In this document: in pieces, positions 19,101 to 28,639 of the stretch
Numbering within the stretch: position 1 is the stretch's first letter
Layout: the number at the start of each line of letters is the position of its first letter
Source: Thermoplasmatota archaeon
GTDB taxonomy: Archaea > Thermoplasmatota > JAKEGO01
NCBI GenBank assembly: GCA_028279595.1
Contig: JANQNK010000006.1
Location: 128,001 to 192,000, forward strand
Reading direction: 5' to 3'
DNA length: 64,000 nucleotides
Translations under genes and position numbers: made by a program
Notes under the pieces: model-generated
The model's input: only the letters and a program-made list of their open reading frames with translations
Told to the model about the DNA's origin: nothing
Database searches by the model: none

Positions 19101-19736
19101 GTTCCACTCGGATCGCGGCACGATGACGTCCACGCTGACGGAGATGGAGTCACCCATGTCGAGGTCCTCTATCTTGTCGTCGAACGTGACGTTCCAGACC
19201 CTGTACTGGGTGTCGATGCAAAGGGCCTCGACTGTGAAGTTGTCCATGGCATTCCCGGTGTTCCACACGGTGAAGTTGATGGTGATGGTCTCGCCGGGAT
19301 CGCCGAAGAACGTGCCTGGAGTGTTGATAGCTACTCCGGCCACGGGAAAGACCCTGGTCGTGGCCTGGGCCGTGTCGGTGGCGCTCGACGCCTGGGATAT
19401 AGCCTGGAGGGTGACGTAGTCGACGGTGTTGGCCTGTGTCCCTGCCGGGATGGAGACGATGACCTCGATATCTTCCTCGATCTGGCCGGATGATAGTGTG
19501 ATGTTCGATGGCTGGACCACAGTCCAACCCCGGGAGGAGTTCGCCACGAGATCGTAGGAATCGGTTTGGCTACCAGTGTTCTCCACATCGAAGTGATGGG
19601 TGATGTTCGCGCCTGGAAATCCCCATCCGCCACCTCCATCCGGTCCCCGTACATCGACGTCGTACTGCGCCGCCCCGGGACCGCAGAGGAACAGTGCGAA
19701 GAAAACGACGCACAAGAACAACCAATGCAGCCTCAT
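16125..19736 (-). CDS. Cell-surface protein, 1203 aa: signal peptide, ~8 Ig-like (NEW3/COG1470-type) repeats, CARDB-like domain and ~5 C-terminal TM helices
   Basis: Repeated N[TQ]GN..D.[FY] motifs, many N-x-S/T sequons and a hydrophobic C-terminal bundle; its stop is 1 nt from the next start. Confidence 0.85.
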   Translation of the reverse strand: MRLHWLFLCVVFFALFLCGPGAAQYDVDVRGPDGGGGWGFPGANITHHFDVENTGSQTDSYDLVANSSRGWTVVQPSNITLSSGQIEEDIEVIVSIPAGTQANTVDYVTLQAISQASSATDTAQATTRVFPVAGVAINTPGTFFGDPGETITINFTVWNTGNAMDNFTVEALCIDTQYRVWNVTFDDKIEDLDMGDSISVSVDVIVPRSEWNNVIAADTTATLRIQVTSDYDIYVDASSQASIDVSESNDVDIRLISESPVEIGIGETAVFLVNVTNVANYESTDTFYITNSTAPPNWLVNVENGAPPDGITLDNGESEIITITMESRDRPDNRRAHITVRAESDADSSKYRVVDLVAMIPQVYGVEVTAIDPVIQSGEPMEAVQFTFNIRNQGNDMDSFSIDGSTNLTFVVDSQPLVNLEYDENVDIIVNVTINPGTPVGTNETLVLTATCGDGTTSDSAFSYINVLQGYSVTIEPEENATTAEPGDTVDMELIVTNTGNGEDSFGLRTVNNQSLSISLLPGDITGSVLAGLTTTITLRVQIPEDALEDEVYIIVVEVNSTADPTKSDFSTCTISLTQVGGVEIRPVMTARGPPGGETVLNFTFNNTGNGIDNYNEDIVSTSDWETDMINPEALDLVDPGETRILQIRVYIPYGLIADSSDTIILNLTSKHDSKVSDSEWGKVIVDLVTGVDLQTRDLDIWGGSDVWKVIPNEPLIVPVYVINTGNGRENVTLDVSQTGDWTVWLDRPSVTLDFDESTTVYVTIRPPSNSLNDPINYVDVSGSVVEGPGYDDVRIEVETSFVMPYGPPFVYIFPDSEIDYGILIRNEFPVQRTFTLNSTTFYSGWEIELDNSSFLLAPGQDRIIYATIHSAPSIPHFSELDFTVNVWVDALPTPEELNFLIITLSPDISISDVDIDDIAQEGDELTVTFTVRSTGRETGDPVIDTLSNLPIEVYWDGDLIHEVQIDLPMEGERTLAIEIEIPELDWFNRSERHTLTIKAASEGYEGSDPGRRRNNVVSTEIKVSKRPNPIVLIALPIILLGGFAMLRANAKRVSLKQRRNEHLIKGLVVTTAISLFVLLPVESAAIDAAALPLAYIMLVMIVPLYTIITGIRTKSYISTLAICGLMFGIFFLSLSSGRSIGTMLEGLFLTPDLLPFPTFIYPLIALILGLIAVYIIVSMLETAKGAYMHAKAFIESVKEGEE

Positions 19737-19935
19737 ACCTTCACCTTTTCGCGATACGCCTGGACTCCAAGTTATTCAATTCTGTCTATATATAGTTTGT
19801 TTGGTGGTATTTTCCGCGTTCCGTGACAAATCGAGAATCACCAGCGTCCGGTGGTTTCCGTGGTTTATTGGTCACGTTCGTATCCCAATCACTATCTTTT
19901 TATCCGGCCGGGGCCTTCTGCGGAACGGTGATCCA

Positions 19936-21585
19936 ATGCACGAGATAAGGGCACCCAGGGGAACGGAGCTGACATGTAGGGGATGGGCCCAGGAAGCGGC
20001 TATGAGGATGCTGATGAACAACCTCGACCCGGAGGTGGCCAGGGACCCCGAGAACCTGATCGTCTACGGGGGCATCGGAAAGGCCGCCAGGAACTGGAAG
20101 GCGTTCGAGGACATAGTGTCTACCCTGAGGACGCTGGAGGACGATGAGACCCTTCTCGTACAGAGCGGCAAACCCGTTGCCGTGTTCAGGACCAACACCT
20201 GGTCGCCGCGCGTTCTTATAGTGAATTCCATGCTCGTACCTAAATGGGCGACCTGGGAGCACTTCAACGAACTGGATTCAAAAGGACTGATGATGTACGG
20301 CCAGATGACCGCTGGCTCCTGGATATACATCGGGACACAGGGGATCCTCCAAGGGACCTACGAGACACTAGGTTCGCTGGCGACCGAGCACTTCGGAGGT
20401 TCGCTAAAGGGAAGGATAACACTAACTGCAGGCCTCGGCGAGATGGGCGGGGCTCAGCCTCTGGCCGTGACCATGAACGAGGGTGTCTGCATAGCTGTCG
20501 ATGTTGACAGGAGGATGATCGACAGGCGTTTGGACACTGCATACATGGACACCTGGACCGCCGATCCCGGGGAGGCTCTCGACCTTGCAAGGGACGCCGC
20601 TTCCGAAGGGAAGGCGTTGTCCATAGGCGTGTTCGGGAACGCGGCCGAGGTACTCCCGGCCTACGTGGACCAGGGATTCGTACCGGACGTGGTGACCGAC
20701 CAGACGTCGGCGCACGATCCACTCAACGGTTACGTTCCGGTTGGATATTCCGTCGATGATGCGGACGTCCTCCGGAAGGACGATCCAGACGGCTATCTGG
20801 AGCTATCGACTTCTAGCATCGCCGACCACGTCCGTGCGATGCTTGCATTCAAGGAGAAGGGTTCGATAACCTTCGATTACGGCAACAACATCAGACAGGT
20901 CGCATTTGACAAGGGTGTCGAGGATGCATTCTCGTATCCCGGTTTCGTTCCAGCCTACATCAGGCCTCTCTTCTGCCTCGGCAAGGGACCCTTCAGATGG
21001 GTTGCGCTCTCCGGTGACCCCGAGGACATCAAGGTAACCGACGAGGCCATACTTGAGCTGTTTCCGGAGGACGTCGGACTCGAGCGGTGGATCAAGAAGG
21101 CATCCGAGAAGGTCCACTTTCAGGGTCTGCCATCGAGGATCTGCTGGCTAGGATACGGTGAAAGACATCGGGCCGGCCTTGAGTTCAACAAACTTGTGAG
21201 GGAGGGGATAGTCTCGGCGCCGATCGTGATCGGACGCGACCACCTGGATTGTGGATCCGTCGCTTCCCCGAACAGGGAGACCGAGGCGATGAGGGACGGA
21301 TCGGATGCAGTGGCTGACTGGCCGATCCTGAACGGACTGCTCAGCACGGCCGGCGGTGCGACCTGGGTGAGCGTCCACCATGGCGGCGGCGTCGGCATGG
21401 GATATTCCATCCATGCCGGTCTGGTGATCATTGCTGACGGCACAGATCTATCTCGTGAAAAGCTCGAGAGGGTGCTAACGAACGATCCGGGGATGGGCGT
21501 CGTCAGGCACGCTGACGCCGGCTACGAGGCCGCCCTCGACTGCGCCCGCGAGACCGGGGTGGTCCTGCCTTCCGAGGACCTCTAA
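19936..21585 (+). CDS. hutU: Urocanate hydratase
   Basis: [36 protein letters not shown] and HHGGGVG motifs; GGTG followed by 5 nt then ATG at 19936. Confidence 0.97.
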   Translation: MHEIRAPRGTELTCRGWAQEAAMRMLMNNLDPEVARDPENLIVYGGIGKAARNWKAFEDIVSTLRTLEDDETLLVQSGKPVAVFRTNTWSPRVLIVNSMLVPKWATWEHFNELDSKGLMMYGQMTAGSWIYIGTQGILQGTYETLGSLATEHFGGSLKGRITLTAGLGEMGGAQPLAVTMNEGVCIAVDVDRRMIDRRLDTAYMDTWTADPGEALDLARDAASEGKALSIGVFGNAAEVLPAYVDQGFVPDVVTDQTSAHDPLNGYVPVGYSVDDADVLRKDDPDGYLELSTSSIADHVRAMLAFKEKGSITFDYGNNIRQVAFDKGVEDAFSYPGFVPAYIRPLFCLGKGPFRWVALSGDPEDIKVTDEAILELFPEDVGLERWIKKASEKVHFQGLPSRICWLGYGERHRAGLEFNKLVREGIVSAPIVIGRDHLDCGSVASPNRETEAMRDGSDAVADWPILNGLLSTAGGATWVSVHHGGGVGMGYSIHAGLVIIADGTDLSREKLERVLTNDPGMGVVRHADAGYEAALDCARETGVVLPSEDL

Positions 21586-22678
21586 GCTCGTCGCGCATCG
21601 TTCGCTGTCTCACTACCATATATACGCCAAGGGCGGCGTAGGCCATTATCGCCGCTGCCATTATGTTGGCGGAATATCCGAAGTACTGGGCGATGACGCC
21701 GCCGATTAGTGGGCCGATCATGCCCGATAGACTGATCGTCGAGTTGAGCAATCCGGTAGCCGTGGCCATCTCGTCGTTCCGTTCGTTCAGCTCCTTTAGG
21801 ACACCGATGTAGAGGAACGACCAGGACGCCCCGAGGATGAGCATGCCCGGGATCAGTCCCCACCACGAATTGAATATGATGAAGAACAGGAAGGCGGTCC
21901 CAGCGGCGAACAGACCCGTCTTGACCATGGGGTGCGGTTCCTTGAGCCTGTCCACGTAGTTCATGAAGATCATCTGGGCGACGAAGTTCGGCACCCACAT
22001 GTATGCGATCATGTCACGTGAGAGACCGAGGGACTGCTGGTAGAGTGGGAAGATCACCCATGCGATGGACGCTCCGGTGTGCCTGAACAGCATCGCCGCG
22101 TAGAGGTGGGAGTTCTTCTTGATCATGGCCACAGGGATCCTCGGGACCTTGAAGGTCCTCTCCGGGGCCTTCGGCAGTGAGAGGGCGACGAAGAAGGAGA
22201 CCATGTACACGGCCGAGGCCGCGAGGAAGATGGTGCCCGTGGCGGTGTCCAGGGTCATGATCGTCCCCGAGATGACGAAACCGATGGTGAATCCCAGGGC
22301 GCCGAAGGAGGAGAACCTTCCAAGGGCCGCCTCCCTCTCGGCGACGTATGCGACGAGAGCGGAGTGGAACATTCCCACTGTGAACCCGCAGATGAACCTG
22401 TACATGAGCAGTTCCTCTGGGGAGTTCGCGAGACTTAGAAGTGCGAAGGACCCGGAGGAGAAGAGGAGACCGAAGATGACGATCTTCCTCCTGCCGTACA
22501 TGTCGGCGGCCCGGCCGAAGATCATCGATGAGAGGAATACGGCCAAGGCATACGATGCGACGATCACACCGAGGAACATCGCGCTCGAACCGAGGTCGTC
22601 GGCATAGAGGGGAATGAACAGCCAGGTCATGGAACCGGCAGCCGCGGACAATAGCTTGATGAGTGCCGGCTTCCTCAT
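21503..22678 (-). CDS. Major facilitator superfamily transporter
   Basis: ~12 hydrophobic helices and MFS motif [11 protein letters not shown]. Confidence 0.9.
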   Translation of the reverse strand: MRKPALIKLLSAAAGSMTWLFIPLYADDLGSSAMFLGVIVASYALAVFLSSMIFGRAADMYGRRKIVIFGLLFSSGSFALLSLANSPEELLMYRFICGFTVGMFHSALVAYVAEREAALGRFSSFGALGFTIGFVISGTIMTLDTATGTIFLAASAVYMVSFFVALSLPKAPERTFKVPRIPVAMIKKNSHLYAAMLFRHTGASIAWVIFPLYQQSLGLSRDMIAYMWVPNFVAQMIFMNYVDRLKEPHPMVKTGLFAAGTAFLFFIIFNSWWGLIPGMLILGASWSFLYIGVLKELNERNDEMATATGLLNSTISLSGMIGPLIGGVIAQYFGYSANIMAAAIMAYAALGVYMVVRQRTMRDELRGPRKAGPPRSRGRSRGRPRSRRQRA

Positions 22679-22794
22679 TCGATATACCTCTGATGGATCC
22701 CTTCAGACATTCTCGTTCTTACCGGTACATCCCTCATGGCTCAGTCCCTTGAGTGGGACATCCATGTATGGCTAATAAACGTTTAGGAGGGAAA

Positions 22795-23907
22795 CTAGTC
22801 GATCTTCTCTACCCACGGATCACCGTGATAGTACTCGATGTTCATCTCGATCCGATACAGGTTGCCAGGATCGAGAATGACCGCATCCGTGATGAGACCT
22901 ATGGTTATGTTGTAGTTGCTGCTCCACTTCATGTTGGTCATGTTCTTGTCGGCCGCGAAATCTTGAGCGTCAGCAATTGATGGTGCCCAGAAGTTGAGTG
23001 TCGGATAGGCCCTGTCCCACATGAATGAGAGTGTCCCCTCCTGACCGGTGACGGTATGATCTATCTGGTCGAACGGATTGTCCACTCCGAGCGTGAACTG
23101 GTCAGGCTGGGAGAGAAGGATCTCATCGTCAGTCCAACTGAGATTTACCCATACCTGGGTCACGTTGGTATTAAGAACGATATTGTTGTACTCGTCGGTG
23201 CCGTTGTCCTCGAGGTATATCTCCGTGTTCTCGATCTCCTCGTAACCGGTGTTGTTCCAGGTCGCCTTGAACCGCTGCATGGTCACGACGACGTTCTGTG
23301 ATACCGTGGTCGTGGCCTCGTCCGTGTCCTCCACGGTCAGGTTGACCTTGTAGGTCCCATTGGCGAGGAACGTATGTGTCACATCCGGTCCGGTCGCTGT
23401 ACTCCCGTCGCCGAACTCCCACTCGGTCGATGCCGGAAGGATCGCACCATCGTTGTCGTACGAGCTCGATGAATCGAAGAATAGTTGCTCGCCGACCCAC
23501 GCCTCGTTGGTCGGGACGCCGCCCCCGTCCTTTATCGACATGTTCGCCACTGGAGGCTCGTTGATCTTGATTGTCCCGGTGGTCGCTGTGCCTACCGCAC
23601 CGTCGTCATCCCAGACGACGAGGGTTATCGTGATCTCACCGGGTTCTGTATAGACATGTGTGTCGAACCCAGTGTCAAGGACGCCGCTGTTGTCGCCGTC
23701 GCCGTACCAGAACATGTACTGGACGATCTTGCCGTCGGAATCCTCGGAATCCGTTCCCTCGATGGTAACGGTGTCACCGAGATTGAAGGTTGACTGTCCC
23801 ACGTATATCTTCGCCGTAGGGTTCTTGTTCTTCTCCTCCGAATCCTCCTCCAGACACCCTGCGGAAAGGACCAGCATCACAACGATGAGAGCGATGTGCA
23901 CCTTCAT
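22795..23907 (-). CDS. PKD-domain lipoprotein
   Basis: LSAGC lipobox; two PKD domains (S.D.DG.I, W.[YF]GDG, H.[YF]...G.[YI].[VI].L.V.D). Confidence 0.85.
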   Translation of the reverse strand: MKVHIALIVVMLVLSAGCLEEDSEEKNKNPTAKIYVGQSTFNLGDTVTIEGTDSEDSDGKIVQYMFWYGDGDNSGVLDTGFDTHVYTEPGEITITLVVWDDDGAVGTATTGTIKINEPPVANMSIKDGGGVPTNEAWVGEQLFFDSSSSYDNDGAILPASTEWEFGDGSTATGPDVTHTFLANGTYKVNLTVEDTDEATTTVSQNVVVTMQRFKATWNNTGYEEIENTEIYLEDNGTDEYNNIVLNTNVTQVWVNLSWTDDEILLSQPDQFTLGVDNPFDQIDHTVTGQEGTLSFMWDRAYPTLNFWAPSIADAQDFAADKNMTNMKWSSNYNITIGLITDAVILDPGNLYRIEMNIEYYHGDPWVEKID

Positions 23908-24025
23908 GACTCCAACCTCACTGCGAACATTCATCAATTCCTTATAAATAGTTTGCTTGAAGCACGTTACCGTTCCAGTACCGGTGGCTTGGGTCGAGTT
24001 CAGGATGGTTCGCCCTGTTCCAGTC

Positions 24026-25522
24026 TCATTCGTAACCCGGCGGATTGACGTTCTCGTTCCAGTAGTGGTGTGGATGGGTCAGCTTCTGGGCCTCGGTAAG
24101 GTCGGAGGCCATTCCCTCCTTGAAGGAACCATACCTTACGCGTATCTGCTCCTCGGCCGGTACGCTGATCGTCTTCGCCTTCTCCACGTGGGAGCCGTCG
24201 ATGGTCTCCGATCCCTCGGCGACCGCTATGTCTCCAGCGCAGCGGACCAGTCCTCCGAGGTCCCGGAGTCTGAGCGTGATCGCCTTGGGGGCGTTGTCTA
24301 TCCGCCTCGCCCTTGTGATCGACTCCACGATGATACCGTCGATGGCGGTCCTATCCGCGTGGGGGATCCTTCCGTCCTGGTGGACCTCCTGGGCAATGAA
24401 CTGCGCGATGGAACTCCGGTTCGACGGGTTGTCCTCCATCGTTGTATCGAGCACCACCTCGTATCCCGAGCCCAGTATCCTCGACCTCAATGGGGAAAGG
24501 ATCGCTGGAAGGTCGTTCACGTTGCATGCGGCGACGAGTATGAAATCGCAGGGGACGTCCTCGACCCTCACCGAGGCTCCCGAGCTCTGCGGGTTCCTTC
24601 CGGATATCGGGAAGTTCCTGTCCTGCATCGCCGTCAATATGTACCTCTGCAGTCCGCCGAGATGTGGCACCTCGTCGATGAAGAGGACGCCTTCGTGGGC
24701 CTCGTGGATCGCGCCAGCTACGACCCTGTCGTATGCCGGTGTCCCGATGTTAGGATGACCGCCGTATGGATCGTGCCTGACGTCTCCGAGCAGCTCGGTC
24801 TCGCTCGCACCTGTGGCCATGATGAAGGTCCGCCTTTCTATGGGCATCAATACCTTTCGAGGTCGTGCCATGTCCTGTTCGCGCCTCTCGCTGAGGGCCT
24901 TCTCGTCGAGGACCATGACCATGTCGCCGGCGAGTTCGTAGACAACGACCTCCTCGGTGCCGTCAGCCTTTGTCCTGGTGGTACGCACTTGCCCGGCCTT
25001 GCCGGCCATCTGCCCTATGGAGATCTCCAGGAAGCCCACGAGGTCCTGGAAAGGATTGTCCGACTTGGGCTGCCTCGCCTTCGGTGCTCCGCAGTTGTTG
25101 CAGATCATCTCGGAGGCGTCGGAGTACGATTCGCATCTGGAACAGAATATCCCGAGCTTCTCGGCCGCGTGGAGGGGTACCTCCTGGGGCTTGACGAGCT
25201 TGCCGGTACCAGCGGCAAGGCGTTCCTCCCGCTGTGCGACCTCCTCCCGGGTGAGCGTCTCGATGAAGGGTCTTTCTGGATTCGCCGGATTGTGTACGAC
25301 CTGGACCTCGTGGTCCGGGTGCGGAAGGTCGAAGGAGATGGCCTGTGCTATCATCGATTTACCGATGCCAGGCGGTCCGACGAGGAGAAGGTGCCGCCTC
25401 TGGTGTGCGGCCCTCCGGGCCAGCTTGACGGCGTGGTCCTGACCGATGACCCTCGATAGGGGGTCCCGCGGGATCTCTATCTCCGAGGTGTTCTCCCACT
25501 CGAGGGTATCGGATCCTTCCAT
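24026..25522 (-). CDS. LonB-related AAA+ ATPase lacking the protease domain, with a zinc-ribbon insert
   Basis: VIGQDHA, GPPGIGKS, LLGDVRHDPYGG, GAIHEAHEGVLFIDE and LRLRDLGGL motifs; no Ser-Lys protease domain follows. Confidence 0.9.
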   Translation of the reverse strand: MEGSDTLEWENTSEIEIPRDPLSRVIGQDHAVKLARRAAHQRRHLLLVGPPGIGKSMIAQAISFDLPHPDHEVQVVHNPANPERPFIETLTREEVAQREERLAAGTGKLVKPQEVPLHAAEKLGIFCSRCESYSDASEMICNNCGAPKARQPKSDNPFQDLVGFLEISIGQMAGKAGQVRTTRTKADGTEEVVVYELAGDMVMVLDEKALSERREQDMARPRKVLMPIERRTFIMATGASETELLGDVRHDPYGGHPNIGTPAYDRVVAGAIHEAHEGVLFIDEVPHLGGLQRYILTAMQDRNFPISGRNPQSSGASVRVEDVPCDFILVAACNVNDLPAILSPLRSRILGSGYEVVLDTTMEDNPSNRSSIAQFIAQEVHQDGRIPHADRTAIDGIIVESITRARRIDNAPKAITLRLRDLGGLVRCAGDIAVAEGSETIDGSHVEKAKTISVPAEEQIRVRYGSFKEGMASDLTEAQKLTHPHHYWNENVNPPGYE

Positions 25523-26821
25523 CTACTCCAGGTCCTCCTTCGTCAGTATCCTCACGGATGAGGGGACCTTGATGACGTTCCCGACCTTCACGCCGATGAG
25601 GTTCTTCACGTCCTTCTCCGCGCTGATGTCGAGAAGCCTCTGGGAGATTATTCCGTCGAAGACGACGGAGTCGACCTCCTTGTTGCTCTCCTTGAGCTTG
25701 TCAGCGAGGTCCTTGACCAGCACTTCCTTTATGACCTTGGTGTTGTTGTCGAAGAAGACCGCCTTCTGCTTCCCCGCAAGCCTCTCGAGGGTATCCTTGA
25801 ACTTCTCCTGTTCCTTCGACAGGGTCGGTTCGGGCTGTGCGGGTTCCTGGGGCGGCTCCTCCACTATGGGCGGCTGTTCCTGAGGCTTGTTCTGGCCCCT
25901 GTTCTGGTTCTTTCCGCCCTTGTCCTTTCCCTTGCCGCGTCCGGAGTCCTTTCCACCCTTGCCATTCTTGCCCTGACCGTTCTCGTCACCCAATCCGAAG
26001 ATCGAGATGTACTGGTCGACGGGCATCTTGTTCCTGACGGATTTCATCATCTGTTTGAGTGTCAGTTCCTCGACCTCCGTGTTCGGAGGTGCCCTGGCGA
26101 TGAAGTCGACCTCGGCGCGCTGAAGAAGCTCCCGTATGATGAGCTCTCCGCCGCGGTCGCCGTCAACGAACACGGTCACGACGCGTTCCTTCGAAAGGTC
26201 GATGACGGTCTTGGGTATGTTCGTTCCCTCGACGGCTATAGCGTTCTTGATGCCGTACTTGAGTAGGTTGATCACATCGGAGCGTCCCTCGACGACGATG
26301 ATGTCGTCGGACGTCTCGAGTGTGGGTCCCGCAGGGCACTTGTCGTCGCCGTAGATGACGATCTCTTCCATCTGCACGGCCTGCCTGACCGTCTGCGTGA
26401 TGTCGAGACCCGCTGTCTTCGACTTTTCTAGGATCTCTCCTAGGAGGTCCTTCGCCCTGTCGACGATCTGCCTCTTCTTCTGCGCCCGGACATCATCGAT
26501 CTCCTTGATGCCGATGTGGGCCTTGCACGGTCCGACGCGCTCGATCGTCTCGAGAGCGGACGCGAGTATGGCGGTCTCCACCTGGTCCAGGCTGGACGGC
26601 AGAATTATGGACCCCTCCGACTTCCCCTTCTTTGATGAGATGTCAACCTCTATCCGGCCGATGCGGCCGGTCTTCTGAAGTTCGCGCAGGTCGAGCTCCT
26701 CTCCAAGGAGCCCCTCTGTCTGTCCGAAGATCGCACCGACGACATCGGGTTTCTCCACCACGCCGTCGGTCGAAATTGTTGCTGTTATCACGTATTTTGT
26801 CGTATTCGGGTCGATGTTCAT
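25523..26821 (-). CDS. dnaG: Archaeal DnaG (primase-like, exosome-associated)
   Basis: GVVEKPDVVGAIFGQTEGLLG, TOPRIM VVEGRSDV...DGDRGG and FDGIISQRLLD motifs. Confidence 0.97.
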   Translation of the reverse strand: MNIDPNTTKYVITATISTDGVVEKPDVVGAIFGQTEGLLGEELDLRELQKTGRIGRIEVDISSKKGKSEGSIILPSSLDQVETAILASALETIERVGPCKAHIGIKEIDDVRAQKKRQIVDRAKDLLGEILEKSKTAGLDITQTVRQAVQMEEIVIYGDDKCPAGPTLETSDDIIVVEGRSDVINLLKYGIKNAIAVEGTNIPKTVIDLSKERVVTVFVDGDRGGELIIRELLQRAEVDFIARAPPNTEVEELTLKQMMKSVRNKMPVDQYISIFGLGDENGQGKNGKGGKDSGRGKGKDKGGKNQNRGQNKPQEQPPIVEEPPQEPAQPEPTLSKEQEKFKDTLERLAGKQKAVFFDNNTKVIKEVLVKDLADKLKESNKEVDSVVFDGIISQRLLDISAEKDVKNLIGVKVGNVIKVPSSVRILTKEDLE

Positions 26822-26948
26822 TACACCACCTTCCCAGAATCACATCGACATAACTCTGCTACACGCTCCATCCTCCCGGCCGTTGCCGGGGGGTGCGTGT
26901 CGTATGATCGTAAGACCGTGAGTGATGAATCATGTGATTCTGATGGTC
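26822..26948 (-). promoter_or_regulatory. Structured 5' leader of the dnaG-lon operon (TATA at ~26963-26972)
   Basis: Perfect 11-bp inverted repeat at 26835-26845/26932-26942 and a GC hairpin at 26861-26900. Confidence 0.55.
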
Positions 26949-26990
26949 AATACCGAATGCCTGTATATATACTCTCCCCTGACCGTCCTG

Positions 26991-27005
26991 TCATTTCCAC
27001 TGGAA
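26991..27005 (-). promoter_or_regulatory. ORB-like (Orc1/Cdc6 binding) box
   Basis: Minus strand reads TTCCAGTGGAAATGA, the euryarchaeal ORB core, with GGGG ~11 nt further on. Confidence 0.6.
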
Positions 27006-27187
27006 TCAAAGGTACTGTCAAACAACAAATGAAGGCAATAAATTGTACTTCTTTTATATAACAAACTCAAATTCTGCCATTTCGATGCTACACGTCGTTC
27101 TACGATAACCCGCAATAATGAGGATATATGTTCTCGATGCGGTCCGCTTACATTCTCTTTTTATAATCCCCGGGAAATGACGTCACG

Positions 27188-28573
27188 ATGAGCCGGACCA
27201 AGATCGTGTGCACGATAGGACCAGCGTCGGGATCCAAGGAGACGGTTACGACCATGCTAGAGTCGGGAATGAACGTGGCGAGGATCAACTTCTCGCACGG
27301 GACGGCAGAGGTGAATTCTCGATATATCGGCAACGTTCGTTCGGCCGCGAAAGGGATCGATGGTCATGTCGGGATATTGCAGGACCTGCAGGGACCGAGG
27401 TTCCGTGTGTCCGGTGTTCCACAGGATACTGTCCTGGAACCCGGAATGACCGTGACCCTGGGCGGTCCGGGCGCCGACATCCAGTTGACCTCACCGGGAG
27501 TGCTGCAGCTCCTTGACGAGGGGGACAGGGTGATGATCGACGGAGGTCTCATCGAACTCGGGCTCACCGGTATGGGAGACACGCCTACGTTCGACGTGAT
27601 AACCGGAGGTCCCGTAACCCCTGGAAGGGGCGTCAACCTCCCGGACACGACCATCGACCTGCCACCTCTGACGGGCAAGGACCTCGAGGACCTCAAGACA
27701 GGTAAGGAGATGGGGGTTGACATCGTCGCCCTGTCGTTCGTTCAACGCGGGGACGATGTACGGCTCCTCCGCGACACACTCGAGGAGATGGGCTCCGAGG
27801 CATGGATAGTGGCCAAGATCGAGAGACGCCAGGCCGTCGACGACATAGACGAGATACTGAGGCTCACCGACGGCATCATGATCGCAAGGGGCGACCTCGG
27901 GGTCGAGATGCCTATGGAGGAGGTCCCACGGGTCCAGAAGCTCCTCATCGAGAGGGCCAACAGGCGGTCACGGTTCGTGATAACCGCGACCCAGATGCTG
28001 GAGACGATGATGGATAGTCCCCAACCGACAAGGGCAGAGGTCAGCGACGTCGCGAACGCGATCATCGACGGTTCGGACGCCATCATGCTCTCGGGGGAGA
28101 CGGCAGTGGGCAAGTACCCGGTCGAATCCGTCAAAAGGATGGAGAGCATCGCCCGCGAGACGGAGCAGAACCTGGAGAACGACCTTACCTATCACGTCCC
28201 TGACGAGCTCGTCGTAAAGGAAGCCGTATCACACACGGCATGCGTCCTGGCGACCAACCTCGAGGCGAGGAGGATCGTGGCATTCACCGGGTCCGGATCG
28301 ACGGCGAGGCGGTTATCGAAGTACAGACATCCCATCCCCGTAGATGGATTCACACCTTCCGTTGGCGCGGCCAATCGCATGTCCATCCTGTGGGGTGTGA
28401 CCCCACACGTGGTTCCCGTCGTCAATGCGACTGACGGGATATTCGATGTAGTGGACTCCACGATGAAGAAAAAGGGCCTGGCAGAACCGGAGGACCTCGT
28501 CCTCGTCGTGGTGGGCCTGCCCATCGATGAACCCGGGACGACCAACATGGTCAAGGCCCATCGGATCGGTTGA
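27188..28573 (+). CDS. pyk: Pyruvate kinase
   Basis: RTKIVCTIGPAS, DLQGP, AKIE, IARGDLGVE, ATQMLE and MLSGETA motifs. Confidence 0.97.
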   Translation: MSRTKIVCTIGPASGSKETVTTMLESGMNVARINFSHGTAEVNSRYIGNVRSAAKGIDGHVGILQDLQGPRFRVSGVPQDTVLEPGMTVTLGGPGADIQLTSPGVLQLLDEGDRVMIDGGLIELGLTGMGDTPTFDVITGGPVTPGRGVNLPDTTIDLPPLTGKDLEDLKTGKEMGVDIVALSFVQRGDDVRLLRDTLEEMGSEAWIVAKIERRQAVDDIDEILRLTDGIMIARGDLGVEMPMEEVPRVQKLLIERANRRSRFVITATQMLETMMDSPQPTRAEVSDVANAIIDGSDAIMLSGETAVGKYPVESVKRMESIARETEQNLENDLTYHVPDELVVKEAVSHTACVLATNLEARRIVAFTGSGSTARRLSKYRHPIPVDGFTPSVGAANRMSILWGVTPHVVPVVNATDGIFDVVDSTMKKKGLAEPEDLVLVVVGLPIDEPGTTNMVKAHRIG

Positions 28574-28639
28574 GCTCAGTTCCACTCACCTTTCGTCAAA
28601 CCTATATATCGCTGGATTGTTACACGAACGGGGGTAGAT

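Noticed and set aside
19600-19935. N-terminal extensions given by the ORF track for hutU (likewise purL, rps24e, 47373-50057 and 5813)
   Set aside because: They overlap neighbouring genes or promoters; SD position and family N-termini support the shorter starts.
26914-26948. Box C/D guide sRNA
   Set aside because: C and D boxes are only ~11 nt apart with no guide regions or C'/D' boxes; kept only as a possible K-turn under the dnaG leader finding.
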